Source: Octopus vulgaris (Eukaryota). Taken from it: 64,000 nucleotides of DNA. The stretch spans positions 113,584,001 through 113,648,000 of the forward strand of contig OX597819.1 of the NCBI GenBank assembly GCA_951406725.2, read 5' to 3'. Both the position numbers and the translations under genes were made by a program. The notes under the pieces are model-generated. The model worked only from the letters and a program-made list of their open reading frames with translations. It did not search any database and was not told the origin of the DNA. Shown here in pieces: positions 1 through 12,843 of this stretch (within the stretch, counting starts at the first letter, position 1; the number at the start of each line of letters is the position of its first letter).

Positions 1-806
1 TCACACACACACACACACACACACTTTTAACACCTGCTTGATTCGCTAGGTGCCGTATGTTATATTGACACCTGGTTTCTCCGGAATCTGGGTCATCTTG
101 ACTCTTAAAGTCCCTATCTGACTCGCTCCACACGGAGCAAAGTGACGTGATTAGATCTTAGGATATAGGGGGTTCGTTGATGAGATAAGGGCAGAAAATC
201 GAGGTGTGTGTGTGTGTAAGGACATTGTTACAGAATATGTAATAACCATCTTTTACATGTTTTCGTGTCTAGTTTATTTTATATAAACACGTTTATTCGT
301 GTTTATATTGTGAATGGATTATCAGTTTTAGGGGTGGGGGTACACAAATTGATAATCCATTGATTCACTCTACGCATATAGGCACACACTAAAAGGATTA
401 TGGCCGTGCTTCATGTTCCTTTAAAAACTCCCCTAGACTAATAGTTTGGGACATAGGGGATACAAATATGATTATAATTAAGAATTCTTGCTTTGTGTTA
501 AAATGTCAGTTTGAAGAAGGGACAGTTTCGAAATAGCTTCCCAGTATTTGACTACATTTTTATTTTCTTGAATCCCCGGAAGAATGAAAGGTGGAGTTGA
601 CTTCGATGGGATTTGAACTGGGAATATAAAGTGGTTGTAACTAAATACTCGTGCACTCTGGTTTGTTTACTGCGTTGATAAATAATGATTTATTTTATTG
701 GTTATAAGGACCCAAGGGGTTGTGGGTGGGGTGGGTGTGCAGCCGAACAAAATACAAACATGGGGCGATGGTGGCGATTTACATCGAGTAACAATAAATA
801 AATGAA

Positions 807-880
<74 letters not shown>

Positions 881-900
881 ATAATAATGATGATGATGAT
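807..900. repeat. (TAC)n/(TAA)n/(GAT)n microsatellite
   Basis: Direct reading; produces the poly-S and poly-V ORFs in the track. Confidence 0.95.
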
Positions 901-1329
901 GGAGATTTCAAATTTTGGCACAAGGCCAGCAGTTTTAAAGGGCGGGGTTAATCGATTATATCGACCCCAAATGCTCGACTGCTACTTATTTTATCGACCC
1001 CGAAGGATGCAAGGGAAAGTCGACCTCGGTGGTATTTGAACTCATAATAATAATAATATTAATAATTACAAAGAACTAACCATAATAAAAAATTAGCCTT
1101 GTTTATCTCTCGAGGCACTAACAGCAGTTAAAGGAAGACGAGGGTTGGGGGGAGTTTGACCGGCAAGTATTTGACAGGGGTGCAGTACAAACAAATCTCA
1201 AAACACAGTGTTCGGTGACGCGATACTACTATAATAGAATACACACACATATACACACGCACACGATATTTTGACGCAGACTCATAACAACAAACACTCG
1301 TATTTATTCCGTTGCACCAATACCGTATT

Positions 1330-1925
1330 AGTCACCTCACATCACTATTATCACAACCATCAACACCGTCACCACCACCACCACCACCACCACCACCACC
1401 ATCGTCATCGGTACCAACGCCACTATCTCTATTTCCCACCACCACCACCACCACCACCACTACTTCCACTACTCCATCATCACCACAACCATCATCATCG
1501 TCGCCATCATTATCATCGCTCACCACCAGCCCCCATCACTATCACCCCCCACCACCATCATTATTACTATTACCACCCACCACCTCCACTCCGCACCATC
1601 ATTATCACTACACTGCTTCCACTGTTATCATCATTGTCACCACCACCACCACCACCACCATACAACCACCATCATTATCATCATCATCATCATCATCACC
1701 ACTGCTGTCATCATTATCATCACTACCATCTCAATCGCACCCACAACCACTACCACCATCATCACCACCACTTCTAACATCATCATTATCATCATCATCA
1801 TCACCACTGCTGCCCTCATTATCATCACTACCATCTCAATCGCACCCACAACCACTACCACCATCATCAGTTGCCACCATCATCACCACCACTTCTAACA
1901 TCATCATCATCGTCATAATCATCAA
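1330..1925. repeat. Degenerate (CAC/CAT)n low-complexity tract with an internal duplication of about 105 bp
   Basis: ccatctcaatcgcacccacaaccactaccaccatcatca occurs at about 1726 and 1831; source of the His/Pro/Thr/Ser-rich pseudo-ORFs. Confidence 0.9.
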
Positions 1926-2297
1926 TGCTGTGTGTGCTGCATCGCTAGTGATTTTTTGCCTATTGTCAGTCTATGTCACCACTTCACCACCAAGCAATGA
2001 CTTGGACCACAGCTATTTCCTTTTCGCTTAAAACAGTTATTCCTTGTCTCCCTCCTCTGCCTGTCTCCTGTCTCTATGTCTTTCTCCTATCCTACGTTGA
2101 TGACTGTTTGTTTCTGTCACCCTTTTTCTCTCCCCCCCCCCGTTTGCTTCCCCACACCCTTTTCCACAGCTCACCCTTTCCCATTCCATGCTTGTGTCTG
2201 TCTCTCCCACTCCTACCCATCACCAATCTGTGTCGCTTCCACCCTTCTGTTTATTTCTCCTACACTTTCTCTTTTTCTCTTTTTCTCTTTTTTTCTC

Positions 2298-2690
2298 TTT
2301 TTACTTGTTTCAGTCATTTTGACTGCGGGCCATGCTGGAGCACCGCCTTTAATCGAGCAACTCGGCCCCGGGACTTCTTCTTTGTAAGCCCAGTACTTAT
2401 CCTATCGGTCTCTTTTGCCGAACCGCTAAGTGACAGGGACATAAACACCAGCATCGGTTGTCAAGCAATGCTAGGTGGACAAACACAGACACACAAACAC
2501 ACGCACATACACATATATACATATATACGACGGGCTTCTTTCAGTTTCTGTCTACCAAATCCACTCACAAGGCTTTGGTCAGCCCAAGGCTATAGTAGAA
2601 GACACTTGCCCAAGGTGCTACGCAGTGGGACTGAACCCGGAACCATGTGGTTGGTAAACAAACTACTTACCACAGAGCCGCTCCTGTGCC
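2298..2690 (-). mobile_element. tRNA-derived SINE, family B (head ggagtggctgtgtggtaag, internal TA/TG microsatellite)
   Basis: A-box-like (tggctgtgtggt) and B-box-like (ggttcagtcc) head. Close copies at 4929-5321(-), 22630-23006(+), 37036-37440(+), 45434-45860(+). Decayed copies near 12205-12510, 27900-28275, 32722-33110, 33151-33318. Confidence 0.85.
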
Positions 2691-3070
2691 TTTGTCTAAC
2701 TTAAGAAAATCACCTGAAGACGACTGGAGAGAATACTGAGTGAAATGTGCCAAGATGAAGAAATAGTCTATACAACGTCACTATAGACCAAAATTAAAAT
2801 GACAAGGGAATAAAAAATTGTCATGAAGTTCTTGACACAATTTCTTATTCCCTTGTCATTTTAATTCCTCAATACTGTTCTCTACCTGACTGGTACATTG
2901 TTCAAAAGCACACATATTGAGTTCCAACACCAGCTTGTTAGTAGTATATCACAATACCTAATTGAAATAATATATGTTTGAAGTTTCTGACACACATTTA
3001 TTTGATTCAAAAGTAATGGGTTATTATACGTTAACTGGTTGATGTGAAGGTTATATTTACCAAGTATGCA

Positions 3071-3485
3071 GGTGGCGAGCTGGCAGAAACGTTAGCACGC
3101 CAGGCGAAATGCATAACCGTATTTCGTCTGTTTTTACGTTCTGAGTTCAAATTCCACCGAGGTCAACTTTGCCTTTCATCCTTTCGGGGGCCGATTAAAT
3201 AAGTACCAGTTACTCACTGGGGCGATGTAATCAACTTAATCCCTTTGTCTGTCCTTGTTTGTCCCCTCTATGTTTAGCCCCTTGTGCATAGTAAAGAAAT
3301 AGGTATTTCATCTGCCGCTACATTCTGAGTTCAAATTCCGCCGAGGTCGACTTTGCCTTTCATCCTTTCAGGGCCGATTAAATAAGTACCAGTTACGCAC
3401 TGGGGTCGATGTAATCAACTTAATCCCTTTGTCTGTCCTTGTTTGTCCCCCTCTGTGTTTAGCCCCTTGTGGGCAATAAAGAAAT
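3071..3485 (+). mobile_element. tRNA-derived SINE, family A (Meta-domain-like core), internally duplicated form
   Basis: Head ggcgagctggcagaaacgttagc, B-box gagttcaaattcc, core gcctttcatcctttcgggg...ataagtaccag resembling the MetaSINE central domain (from memory). Body repeated with a period of about 184 bp. Confidence 0.85.
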
Positions 3486-3919
3486 ATATATTTACCAAGT
3501 ATTTCACTGAAGTCTCAAGCCTTTTTAGAAAACATGAAGTTGTAGAATAATGCAAGTGTCTCCTACTATAGCCTCAGGCCAACCAAAGCCTTGTGAGTGG
3601 ATTTGGTTGATGGAAACTGAAAGAGGTCCAATGTATATATTTTGCTTGTGGTGTCTCACACTGAGGAAGGATAACATCCAGAAACCTAGGTCACTGTAAA
3701 CGTTATTATTAAAATAAAAATTATTCACATTAAAAGCCATCTCTACTCATTTTTTCAAATATACTGTACCAAGAACTTTTTTTTTATTATTCTATTATGT
3801 GTGTGTGTGTATGCGTGCTTGCGTCTGTGTTTGTACCCCACTCCCATCGCTTGACAACTCATGCTAGTGTGTTTATGTCCCCGTAACTTAGTGGTTCTGC
3901 AAAAGAGAATACAAGAGAA

Positions 3920-4200
3920 TTCCAGTGGTGGAGTGTCTGGGGGAGTAAAGGACTGGGCATAGTTGTGAGGATAGTTCCTGAGGTCTAGATATATTATGAG
4001 TAATGAGAGTGAGAGAGTTGAGTGGAAGCAGTGTGAGATGAGCCAGCTCTGGGGAGCAGAGAGCATTGTAGTAGTGGTTGAAAAGGCCGAAGGAGGGGAC
4101 AGAACATCTGTGGTCCCAAATGTTGGAGTTTGTTAGGGAACAACTCCTGCCAGTTAGTGAGGTGCCCCCCCCCTCTTTTTTATGCAATCTAGGATGTCTG
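3920..4200 (-). mobile_element. CR1/L2/Jockey-group LINE ORF2 C-terminal remnant
   Basis: HRCSVPSFGLFNHYYNALCSPELA resembles the HRRxVASLxLFYRYYxGxCSxEL motif; similar remnants at about 12570-12840 and 59400-59690. Confidence 0.6.
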
Positions 4201-4928
4201 TATGTATACAGCTGAAGTATTGGCTCAGAGGTGATGGTAGTACTCTGATATAAATATTTTACAAATCCTGGTTGTATTCATGTTTTCATCTAGAATTTCA
4301 TTTAGAGATTCTTCAATTAACTCCCAAATCAGCTCTGCATGAGTTTATATCAATTTCGTTATTCTAAACCATACTATATCTTTGAGTTCTATTATTGGAT
4401 CATTCCCTAATTTAAAAAGAAAACTAAAAACTAAAAAAAAGCTTTAAAAAATTAAAATCAAAAATAATAACAAAACTTAGTGAATTTACTAAGTAGCGTG
4501 TGAAAAACCTCCCTTAAGAACCTTTCTCTCATATAAAATGCTTATGCCAAACTCATTAAAGATATCACATCTTCCTTTATGCATCTATGATCTTGCAAAT
4601 ATTTTAATGTTGTTATTAATACACCATTATCTGAGGCCATTTATTTACAGTTTATGCTAGCATCTGGTGGTCTATCTTATAGATGTTTCATTTTGTACCT
4701 ACAATGTTCAGGTGTTCTATCTTATCAAATGAATTTTCCGATAGCAAATCATCATAAAAATAAAGGAAAATAAAAATAAAATTATCTTTGAGTTTATTTT
4801 TGAGTTCTGTATTTTAAATTCCATCCAGACCATATGCATTTTCATTTATCTTATTTTTAATTACAAAAACATTAACACAAAAAAATAAGTGAAAGATTTG
4901 TACATAACTTTTTTTTTTTTTTTTACTT

Positions 4929-5321
4929 TTTATTTGTTTGAGTCATTTGACTGCGGCCATGCTGGAGCACCGCCTTTAGTCGAGGAAATCGACTCCAGGA
5001 CTTATTCTTTGTAAGCTTAGTACTTATTCTATCGGTCTCTTTTGCCGAACCGCTAAGTTACGGACACATAAACACACCAGCATAAGTTGTCAAGCGATGT
5101 TAGGGAGGACAAACACAGACACACAAACACACACATATATATACATATGCATATATACAACAGGCTTCTTTCAGTTTCCGTCTACCAAATCCACTCACAA
5201 GGCTTTGGTTAGCCCGAGGCTATAGTAGAAGACACTTGCCCAAGGTGCTACGCAGTGGGACTGAACCCGGAACCATGTGGTTGGTAAGCAAGCTACTTAC
5301 CACACAGCCACTCCAGCACCT
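4929..5321 (-). mobile_element. SINE family B copy
   Basis: Collinear with 2298-2690. Confidence 0.85.
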
Positions 5322-5811
5322 ACAAGATGAGAAATTAATCTATATCATTGGTATTGCAGTGTAATGGCTTGAATGCTTTACTAGAATATCTTCAGGTGAG
5401 AATACTGCAATCATCTTCATCATTTTAACGTTCTTTTTCCCATGCTTGCATGGGTTAGGTGAGACTATGCTTAGGTAGAGTTTTCTACAGCTAGATGTCC
5501 TTCCTGACACCAACCCTCACCTGTTTCCAAGCAGAGTATTAATTCCCCAGTCTATCAAATAATGAACAGCCCATATATGCTATTATGGAGGACTGCAAAC
5601 AAAAAAAGTACTGTATATGTAAAAGGTGAGGCTTTTGTTTGCAATCTGTATGCAACACGTCAAGATGTGTTAAGAAGCTTGGACATGTTTTTGCTGTGGA
5701 CTGCAAACAAATGAACCCATCTGCATAAATTGTGAGGCTTTTATTTACAGCCAGTGCATGTGAAGGTGTGGAGGAATACAAACTCATGCAAGCACATACA
5801 TATTTTATATG

Positions 5812-6215
5812 CTTTTCTACTCTATGCACAAGGCCCGAAATTTTTGGGGAGGTGGGAGGAGGTCAGTTGATTAGATCGACCCCAGTATGCAACTGGTACA
5901 TAATTTATTGACCCTGAGAGGATGACAGGCAAAGTCAACCTTGGTGGAATTTGAACTCATAATGTAAAGACAGATGAAATACCTATTTCTTTATTACCCA
6001 CAAGGGGCTAAACATAGAGGGGACAAACAGGGACAGACATAGGTATTAAGTCGATTACATCAACCCCAGTGCGTAACTGGTACTTAATTTATTGACCCCG
6101 AAAGGACGAAAGGAAAAGTTGACCTCGGTGGAATTTGAACTCAGAACGTAAAGACAGACGAAATACTGCTTAGCATTTCACCCGGCATGCTAATATTTCT
6201 GCCAGCTCACTGCCT
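5812..6215 (-). mobile_element. SINE family A, two-body form with two different tails
   Basis: Reverse complement of the family A head and core; junction aaagaaataggtatttc near 5975-5992. Confidence 0.8.
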
Positions 6216-7117
6216 TATATACTTATTGTATATGATGAGCTTCTTTCAGTTTCTGTTTACCAGCCTCACTCAACTTGTGGCAATGATAGAGAACACCAGC
6301 CAACATTGTCCATGCAGTGGGACCGAACCTTTGACCACATGGTTCTGAAGTGAACTTCTTAACCACATAGCCAGACCTACAATTTTTATTATATAGTCAT
6401 GGAAGGTAGCAAACTGACAGAATCATATCTGCAGTAGATAAAGTACTTAGTGTCATGTCTCCAGCTCTTTATGTTCTGAGTTCAAATACTGCTGAGGTCA
6501 GCTTTGCCTTTTATCCCTTTCAGGTCAATAAAGTAAGTACCAGGTCAGCACTGGGGGTCAATATAATCAGTTTCCTACTTCCCTTAGCATTGCTGGCCAT
6601 GCGCCAAAGTTAGGCAGACTCATATAGTCAAGGTGTGAGGGATACCAGCATCAAGGGAATATCAGACAAAATGTCTGGCAGTATTCAGTCATGCCTTTTT
6701 ACAATCTGAGTTGCAATCCTGCCATGTTCTATTTTGGCTTTTCATCCTTCTTTAGTCAATAACCTAAGTACTAAACTAGTACTGAGGTCAGACTCATTAA
6801 TTATAACCTTACTCCAGAACTTTAGGCTTTGTCATCAACATCATCATCATCATCATCATCATCATCTCATGTCTGTTTTCAATGTTGTCATGGTTGGATG
6901 GTTTGACAGGAGCCGACAAGCTGGAGGGCTACCCCAGGCTCCAGTGGTCTGTTTTGGTATGGTTTCTCCAGCTGGATACCCTTCCTAATGACAACCACTT
7001 CAGAGAATGTACTGGGTGCCTTTTACATGACCCCAGCATGGGTGCTTTTTTTATGTGGTGGTGACACAGATACTTTTTAACTGGCATTTAACAAATAATT
7101 TTAGCAGAGGAGGGTAG

Positions 7118-7400
7118 TCATCATCATCATCATCATCGTTTAACATCCGCTTTCCATGCTAGCATGGGTTGGACGATTTGACTGAGGGATGGTGAACCGG
7201 TTGGCTGCACCAGGCTCCAATCTCCATCTGGCAGAGTTTCTACAGCTGGAATGCCCTTCCTAATGCCAACCACTCTGAGAGTATAGTGGGACCTTTTACG
7301 TGCCACCGGCATGGGGACCAATCAGGTAGTACTGGCAACGACCTTGCTCGAATGTTTTTACATGTGCCACCGGCACAAGTGCCAGTAAGGCGACGCTGGT
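7118..7400 (-). mobile_element. Retroposon family C ((GAT)n tail; ggcgttaggaagggcatccagctgtagaaa core)
   Basis: Shared 3' end gcatggaaagcggacgttaaacgatgatg. Other copies near 15047-15398(-), 19731-20097(-), 21640-21968(+), 23940-24162(+), 30997-31166(+), 43948-44620(-), 49772-50182(-), 63350-63542(+). Confidence 0.85.
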
Positions 7401-8988
7401 GAATTAAAAGAATTAGAGGAGAAACAGGCAAACTGTTGCATGGTATTTAGTGACATTCCTTTGTGTTATGAGTTCAAATCTTGCTAGGGTTGACTTATAC
7501 CTTTCATCCTTTTGTGGTCGATAAAATATGTTCCAGCCAATTGTTGGGGTAGATTTAATCAACTGTCATCTTCCTCAAAATATCTGGTTTTGAGCCTATG
7601 TTGGTCTTCAGGAGGATAAAATGCACCACTGATATTTGAAATTGTCCTAAACTTGTAAGATCAATGCATTTAGCATTCAGTTTGAATTTTGAAATTTTGT
7701 GAACTGGAGTACGAAAAAAAAAAAACCAAACAAGAAAAATAAACAACAAAAAAATGCAGGACGAAGATGAGGAATTTTAGAATGGTGTATTTCAAGGAAA
7801 GATTAGGAATGTGCTAATGTGAGATGAGTGTGTTAATGATGGTGATTATTACATGTTAATATGTAAATGCATCTGTAGGCTGGAGAATGTGACTAGGAGA
7901 GGGCACCTACCCTTAGCTGCTAATCTAAATGGGGTCCTGTTAGTGGCCGAAGTTGCATATCACTACCACTACTATGTCTACTGCCACCATTTTTGTGAAC
8001 ACCACCACCACAACACAACCACTACCACCACCAAACTATTTCTCATTGTTCTGAAATTGAGGTGTTTGAAATAATGGTTGTTATTGTTGGTTCACTGACT
8101 GTCCTAATTATCAGGTTTGGTTTAGGGATTACAGAGTTACTGGTTCAAACTTCCTACTATTACATGCATGTGTGCACTGCCTCCACCCCTCCCCTCCTTC
8201 CTCATTCACACTCACACACTACTATTCACATGCACACATCCTGCTACACACACAAACACACATACATTGCCAAACACACACATGTGCACACTGTTACACA
8301 CAAACACGTTGCCCTCGCCCACTTTCACACACATGCTGTCACACACTCATATACACAGTGGCACACACACACGCACACACACAGCCACCACACACTACCT
8401 CACATTGATGCATTGTTCCCCAGCATACTCATATTGCCATATATATATATATCATCATATCATCATCATCATCGTTTAACGTCCGCTTTCCATGCTATAT
8501 ATATATATATATATATATATACTATCATACACACATACTGGCACAAACAAATAAATGCAAAAATAAACTATATTTACATACATACTTCAAAAAATATGTC
8601 ATACAAACAATTCCATGTACAGTTGTTGTCAATTCTTTTCATATATATTTCAAACTTACAATGATTTACAACTTCTTAACATTTTCTTTAGCAAGACTCT
8701 GCCTTCTTAACAAAATCTCCCTTTGAAAAACTCTCCATAGCAAAACTATGTAGACATTGTATAGTGAAGTGGTTCATTGCTTTTAGCAAAGGTGGACAGT
8801 GCTGTAAAATTGACAAATATCTTATTAGGTCAGAGTATCAAGATCAGGCAACTCTATGGCATTTACACCATTGTAAAAGTAATAATAGTTGTAACTCTCC
8901 TTTCAGTCTTATTACCATGACTTCAGGACTTCAGTGGTGGAATTTTCAAAATGAAGAACATAGGAAAAGTGTAGCAGAGAGTATAGGG

Positions 8989-9374
8989 CAGTGATTCTCA
9001 ACCAGGATCCATATGACTCTAAGGGATCCATATAAGATTTTTTGGGGTTCACACAAGTAAAATAGTAAAGTGGAGATTCACAGTAGTATGATAATTGTCC
9101 ATGAAAAGATATTGTTTTAGATGTGACGGTGCCCCAGCATTCGGGCTGAAATGTAAAAGAATGAAAGAATGTATTTAGTGCAAGAAATAGCTAAATTTCT
9201 TTCTCAAATGCTTTATATAGTCCAACTTATACAAGTGAACGTGTAATTAACAAAATAGGAATTTTGAAAGAAGTATCCATAAAACTAGTTTTTAAACATT
9301 AAATGGCTATGGAGGTCCACCAGAATAGAATAGGAATCAAGAGTCTATAAGTAAAAAATGGTTGAGAATCATTA
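8989..9374. mobile_element. hAT (Charlie-like) MITE
   Basis: TIRs cagtgattctcaac / gttgagaatcatta; 8-bp flanks gtataggg / ttgtaggg. Confidence 0.7.
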
Positions 9375-9382
9375 TTGTAGGG

Positions 9383-9690
9383 CAGTGGTTCCCAAACTTT
9401 TTCAGACTGCCGCTCCCTTGACACCCAGGCCACATTCCTAGCACTCCCACCCCAGCTAACAATCACAAACAAAGACACCTCTCTGAAGCAAATTCAAAGC
9501 AACTATTTCACAAATAAAACTTAGGCTAATGAACCCATTATTTTGTTGTTTTTACATGAATTGCTACCCCATTATCACTCCACTTTTTACATGAATCACT
9601 AACCCATTATCGCTTCACTTTTCTTCAACACCACCCTTGGAACTTTCAACTACCCCCAGAGGGGCAATACTGCCCACTTTGAGAACCATG
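9383..9690. mobile_element. Second hAT (Charlie-like) MITE
   Basis: TIRs cagtggttcccaaa / tttgagaaccatg. Confidence 0.65.
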
Positions 9691-9766
9691 TATGTGTGTG
9701 TATGAGCACATGTATGTGCATATATTTACATGTGTTTGTATGTATGTATGTATGTGTGTATATATT

Positions 9767-9998
9767 ACCTATTTCTTTATTACCCACAAGGGGCTAAACA
9801 TAGAGGGGACAAACAAAGACAGACATAGGTATTAAGTCGATTACATCGACCCCAGTGCGTAACTGGTACTTAATTTATCGACCCCGAAAGGATGAAAGGC
9901 AAAGTCGACCTCGGCGGAATTTGAACTCACAACATAACGACAGACGAAATACCGCTAAACATTTCGCCCGGCGTGCTAACGTTTCTGCCAGCTCGCCG
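9767..9998 (-). mobile_element. SINE family A, young CpG-intact copy
   Basis: Close to the reverse complement of 42942-43178. Other copies near 17757-17975, 18616-18812, 22080-22290, 34325-34537, 46597-46812, 57834-57980, 60087-60303. Confidence 0.9.
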
Positions 9999-10320
9999 TT
10001 GCATGGTTGGGCTGTCAGCGACTAAACCGGCAACCCCACCAAGCTTGCTTGGTGAGGATGGTGTTTATTGGACACCCTGCGGGATGAAAAACAAAACCCG
10101 TCAAAGGGCGGAGGAACTCTTGAGAGTCAATGGCCATCCGATAAATGTCTTAAGGTTGTATCATGCGCAGGGACATAGAAATAATCGGACTGAATACCCG
10201 ATTGCGTGGTTAAACCATTGGGAGTCAAGGACTCCTAGCCTTTGTTAGGGCATCCTTCTAGGAGAAGATAACTGGGATAACTCCGACATAAAACCTGCGG
10301 CTCAGTGGTTACTGATGATG
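9999..10320 (+). mobile_element. Structured GC-rich element resembling an RTE-clade LINE 5'UTR
   Basis: ctaggagaag...aactccgacataaaacc resembles RTE 5'UTR motifs (from memory); several short hairpins; ends in ctgatgatg. Confidence 0.4.
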
Positions 10321-12843
10321 TTGACTTGTTCTTCTTTTTGGATTATGGCTGCTGTTGCTTAGTGAGTGGGATTGACTAAGTGCACAGCCTTTCCTCACTT
10401 TAAAAAAATCTTCTTGCACAGGCATTGCATGATAACAACATTGATTAAGCTTCGTGCAATGGCCATACTTGATAACGAGGGGGCAGCCACCATGTGTGTA
10501 TATATACTTTTTTTTTTTCAAATCACTGCTGAATTCTGTAAAGGCTGGTTCTGTTTTATTGCTATACAGCATTCACTTTTTACATGCGTTTCATATAGAT
10601 TCTGATGTTTTTTTTTCTCAAAAAAATAAGCACAGGCATAGCACCTATCCATGATGAAGTGTTGTGCAATTCCATCTGCAATTCACTAATACATGCAAGC
10701 AAGCATACATACACTTACTTGTATGTGTGTGTGTGTGAGCACATGCATGTGCATATATTTACATGTTTGTGTGCATGTATGTATGTATGTATATATATAT
10801 ATAAATGGAACAAAAACGCAATAGAAGGCATTAAAACATTCGGACAGATAGATGACACAAGGGCAGACAAGAGAAACAACAATTAGAAGGACAGGCAAAA
10901 AAAGACGGGTCATTCTTGGCTTTCTTTCATCAGTCAAGTACCAGAAGTCACGACCGTTTCGGACAGTTACACTTGAGATGGTTCGATCTAGTTGTCCCCC
11001 CAAAAGTCTAAGCTAAGAGCATTAGACTCCTTTGTAAGAAAGCTAGCGAATGTGTACGGCATCAAAGACGAAAAGACAAACAAACAAACAAGAAAAAACA
11101 AGGACATGGTACACAATTATGAATACAACAACAAAAGATAACAACAGGCGTCTTTTTTGACTGTGAACGATTCAAATTGAGCTGGCGTGTATGAAGTAAA
11201 AGTCTAAAGGCAGGAAGATAGGAGATGGATGGTCAGCAGTCAGGCCAAGAAAGAAAGATCATGGCTGGCCGGATCGTGGAAGGAGTAGAGTTGGGTAGGG
11301 GACAGTGGGATTGGAGGATTATATACTTGTGTGTGTGTGTGTGTGTGTTTGTGTTTGTGTCTATGTGTGTATATATATTCAGAGGGGGAAATGAAAATGA
11401 GAGACTCAGATTAGCAATGGAGGGAAAATTCTGACTTTGAATAAATAAATGAGTTGTTTTACATGTATTGAGTACTTTTTCCTCTTATGTCTATATTTTA
11501 GCTCTTACATATGTATGTATACTTAACATTTTTTGCAATGCAGCACATACACACACACAAGGAATTTAATATGATTAACAAGTCATAGAATAAGGAGGAG
11601 ACTACGAGAAGGGACAAGATTTATTTTTAAGCTCTCACCACTTCTCATTAAAAGAAACAAAGAACAACAACAACATCAATAAAAAAAAAAAGCAAATTAG
11701 AACTGTTTCATCTTTCTGAGGTCATATAAAATGTCACTTCTCATCTGCCAGAAGCAATCTTGCGGCACACTCACTCACTTACATTCCTACCTGTTCGTTT
11801 GCTACAATTGATTAGTTCCACTGGCTTGTTTGCTGCAAACTATAATTTTTCACATTTCAATTCGCTTTTCCGTTTTGTATTATTTTTATTTACTTATTGT
11901 TTTTTATGGTACAACAAAAAAATGGTCTGTTTCAGTTTAGCTCAGATACTTGTGTGTCTTGTGGTTGTTTAGTCCCTGGTCAGTCTGGTCAGATGCATTC
12001 TACGTATGATCATTGCATGGTTTTGCATAGCAGAGACTATATTGCCCAATGACTTCTTCCTTGTTTTAAGGTAGTAGGGCATGATTTGAAGCAGTTTTGA
12101 CTGCTATATCTAGCAGGTCAAGCAACGGTGTTGATGTTCCTTACCTGGCTTATGTTAGATGTGTATGTCTTGGTGTGTGTATGTGTGTGTGTGTGTTATA
12201 CATCATTTACTTGTTTCAGTCATTGGACTGTGACCACGCTGGGACACCATCTTCAAGGGTTTTAAGTCAAGCAAATCTACCCCAGTATGTATTCCCTTTT
12301 AAAGTTTGATACTTACTCTAGTGGTTTCTTTTGTTGAACTGCGAGGTTACAGGGACATAAACAAATCAACACCAGTTGTCTAGTGGTGGAGAGTACAAAC
12401 ACACACACACACGCACACACATAAATATATATATATAAATGTGATGAGTTTCTACACAATTTTCATCTACCAAATTCACTCACAGGGCATTGGTCAGCTC
12501 AGGGTTATACATTAGAAAGAGTCACACAAGTTATTGTCATAAAAACATTCAGAGACATGCTCCAGCTTCTGGTGTAGAAGTGTAGAGTTTCTTCTCTCTG
12601 TTTTTTTCTGTCTCTTCCATGATGGCCTCTGCTCCTCAGAGTTGCTTGAGTTCATGCTATATTCATTCAGGCATTCCTGACTCACACACCTATCCTCTTC
12701 CCATTGTTGTTGTATCTAACCTCTCAGGCCCTATACTATTCACTTTGTACAGGCCTTCCGTCTCAGAACACTGAACCTTTGGAATTACCTCCCAAATCAT
12801 ATTTTTTCTTCAAGTGTTAAATTCCAGGGGTTCATGAGAAATA

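Noticed and set aside
1271-2031. His-rich or mucin-like ORFs
   Set aside because: Translations of a degenerate CAC/CAT microsatellite that is open in several frames.
2712-2750. Additional hammerhead-like cores (also near 10925-10965 minus, 14775-14815 minus, 46190-46220 plus)
   Set aside because: CTGANGA/GAAA fragments are present but stems or core bases are broken; at most decayed Penelope-like relics.
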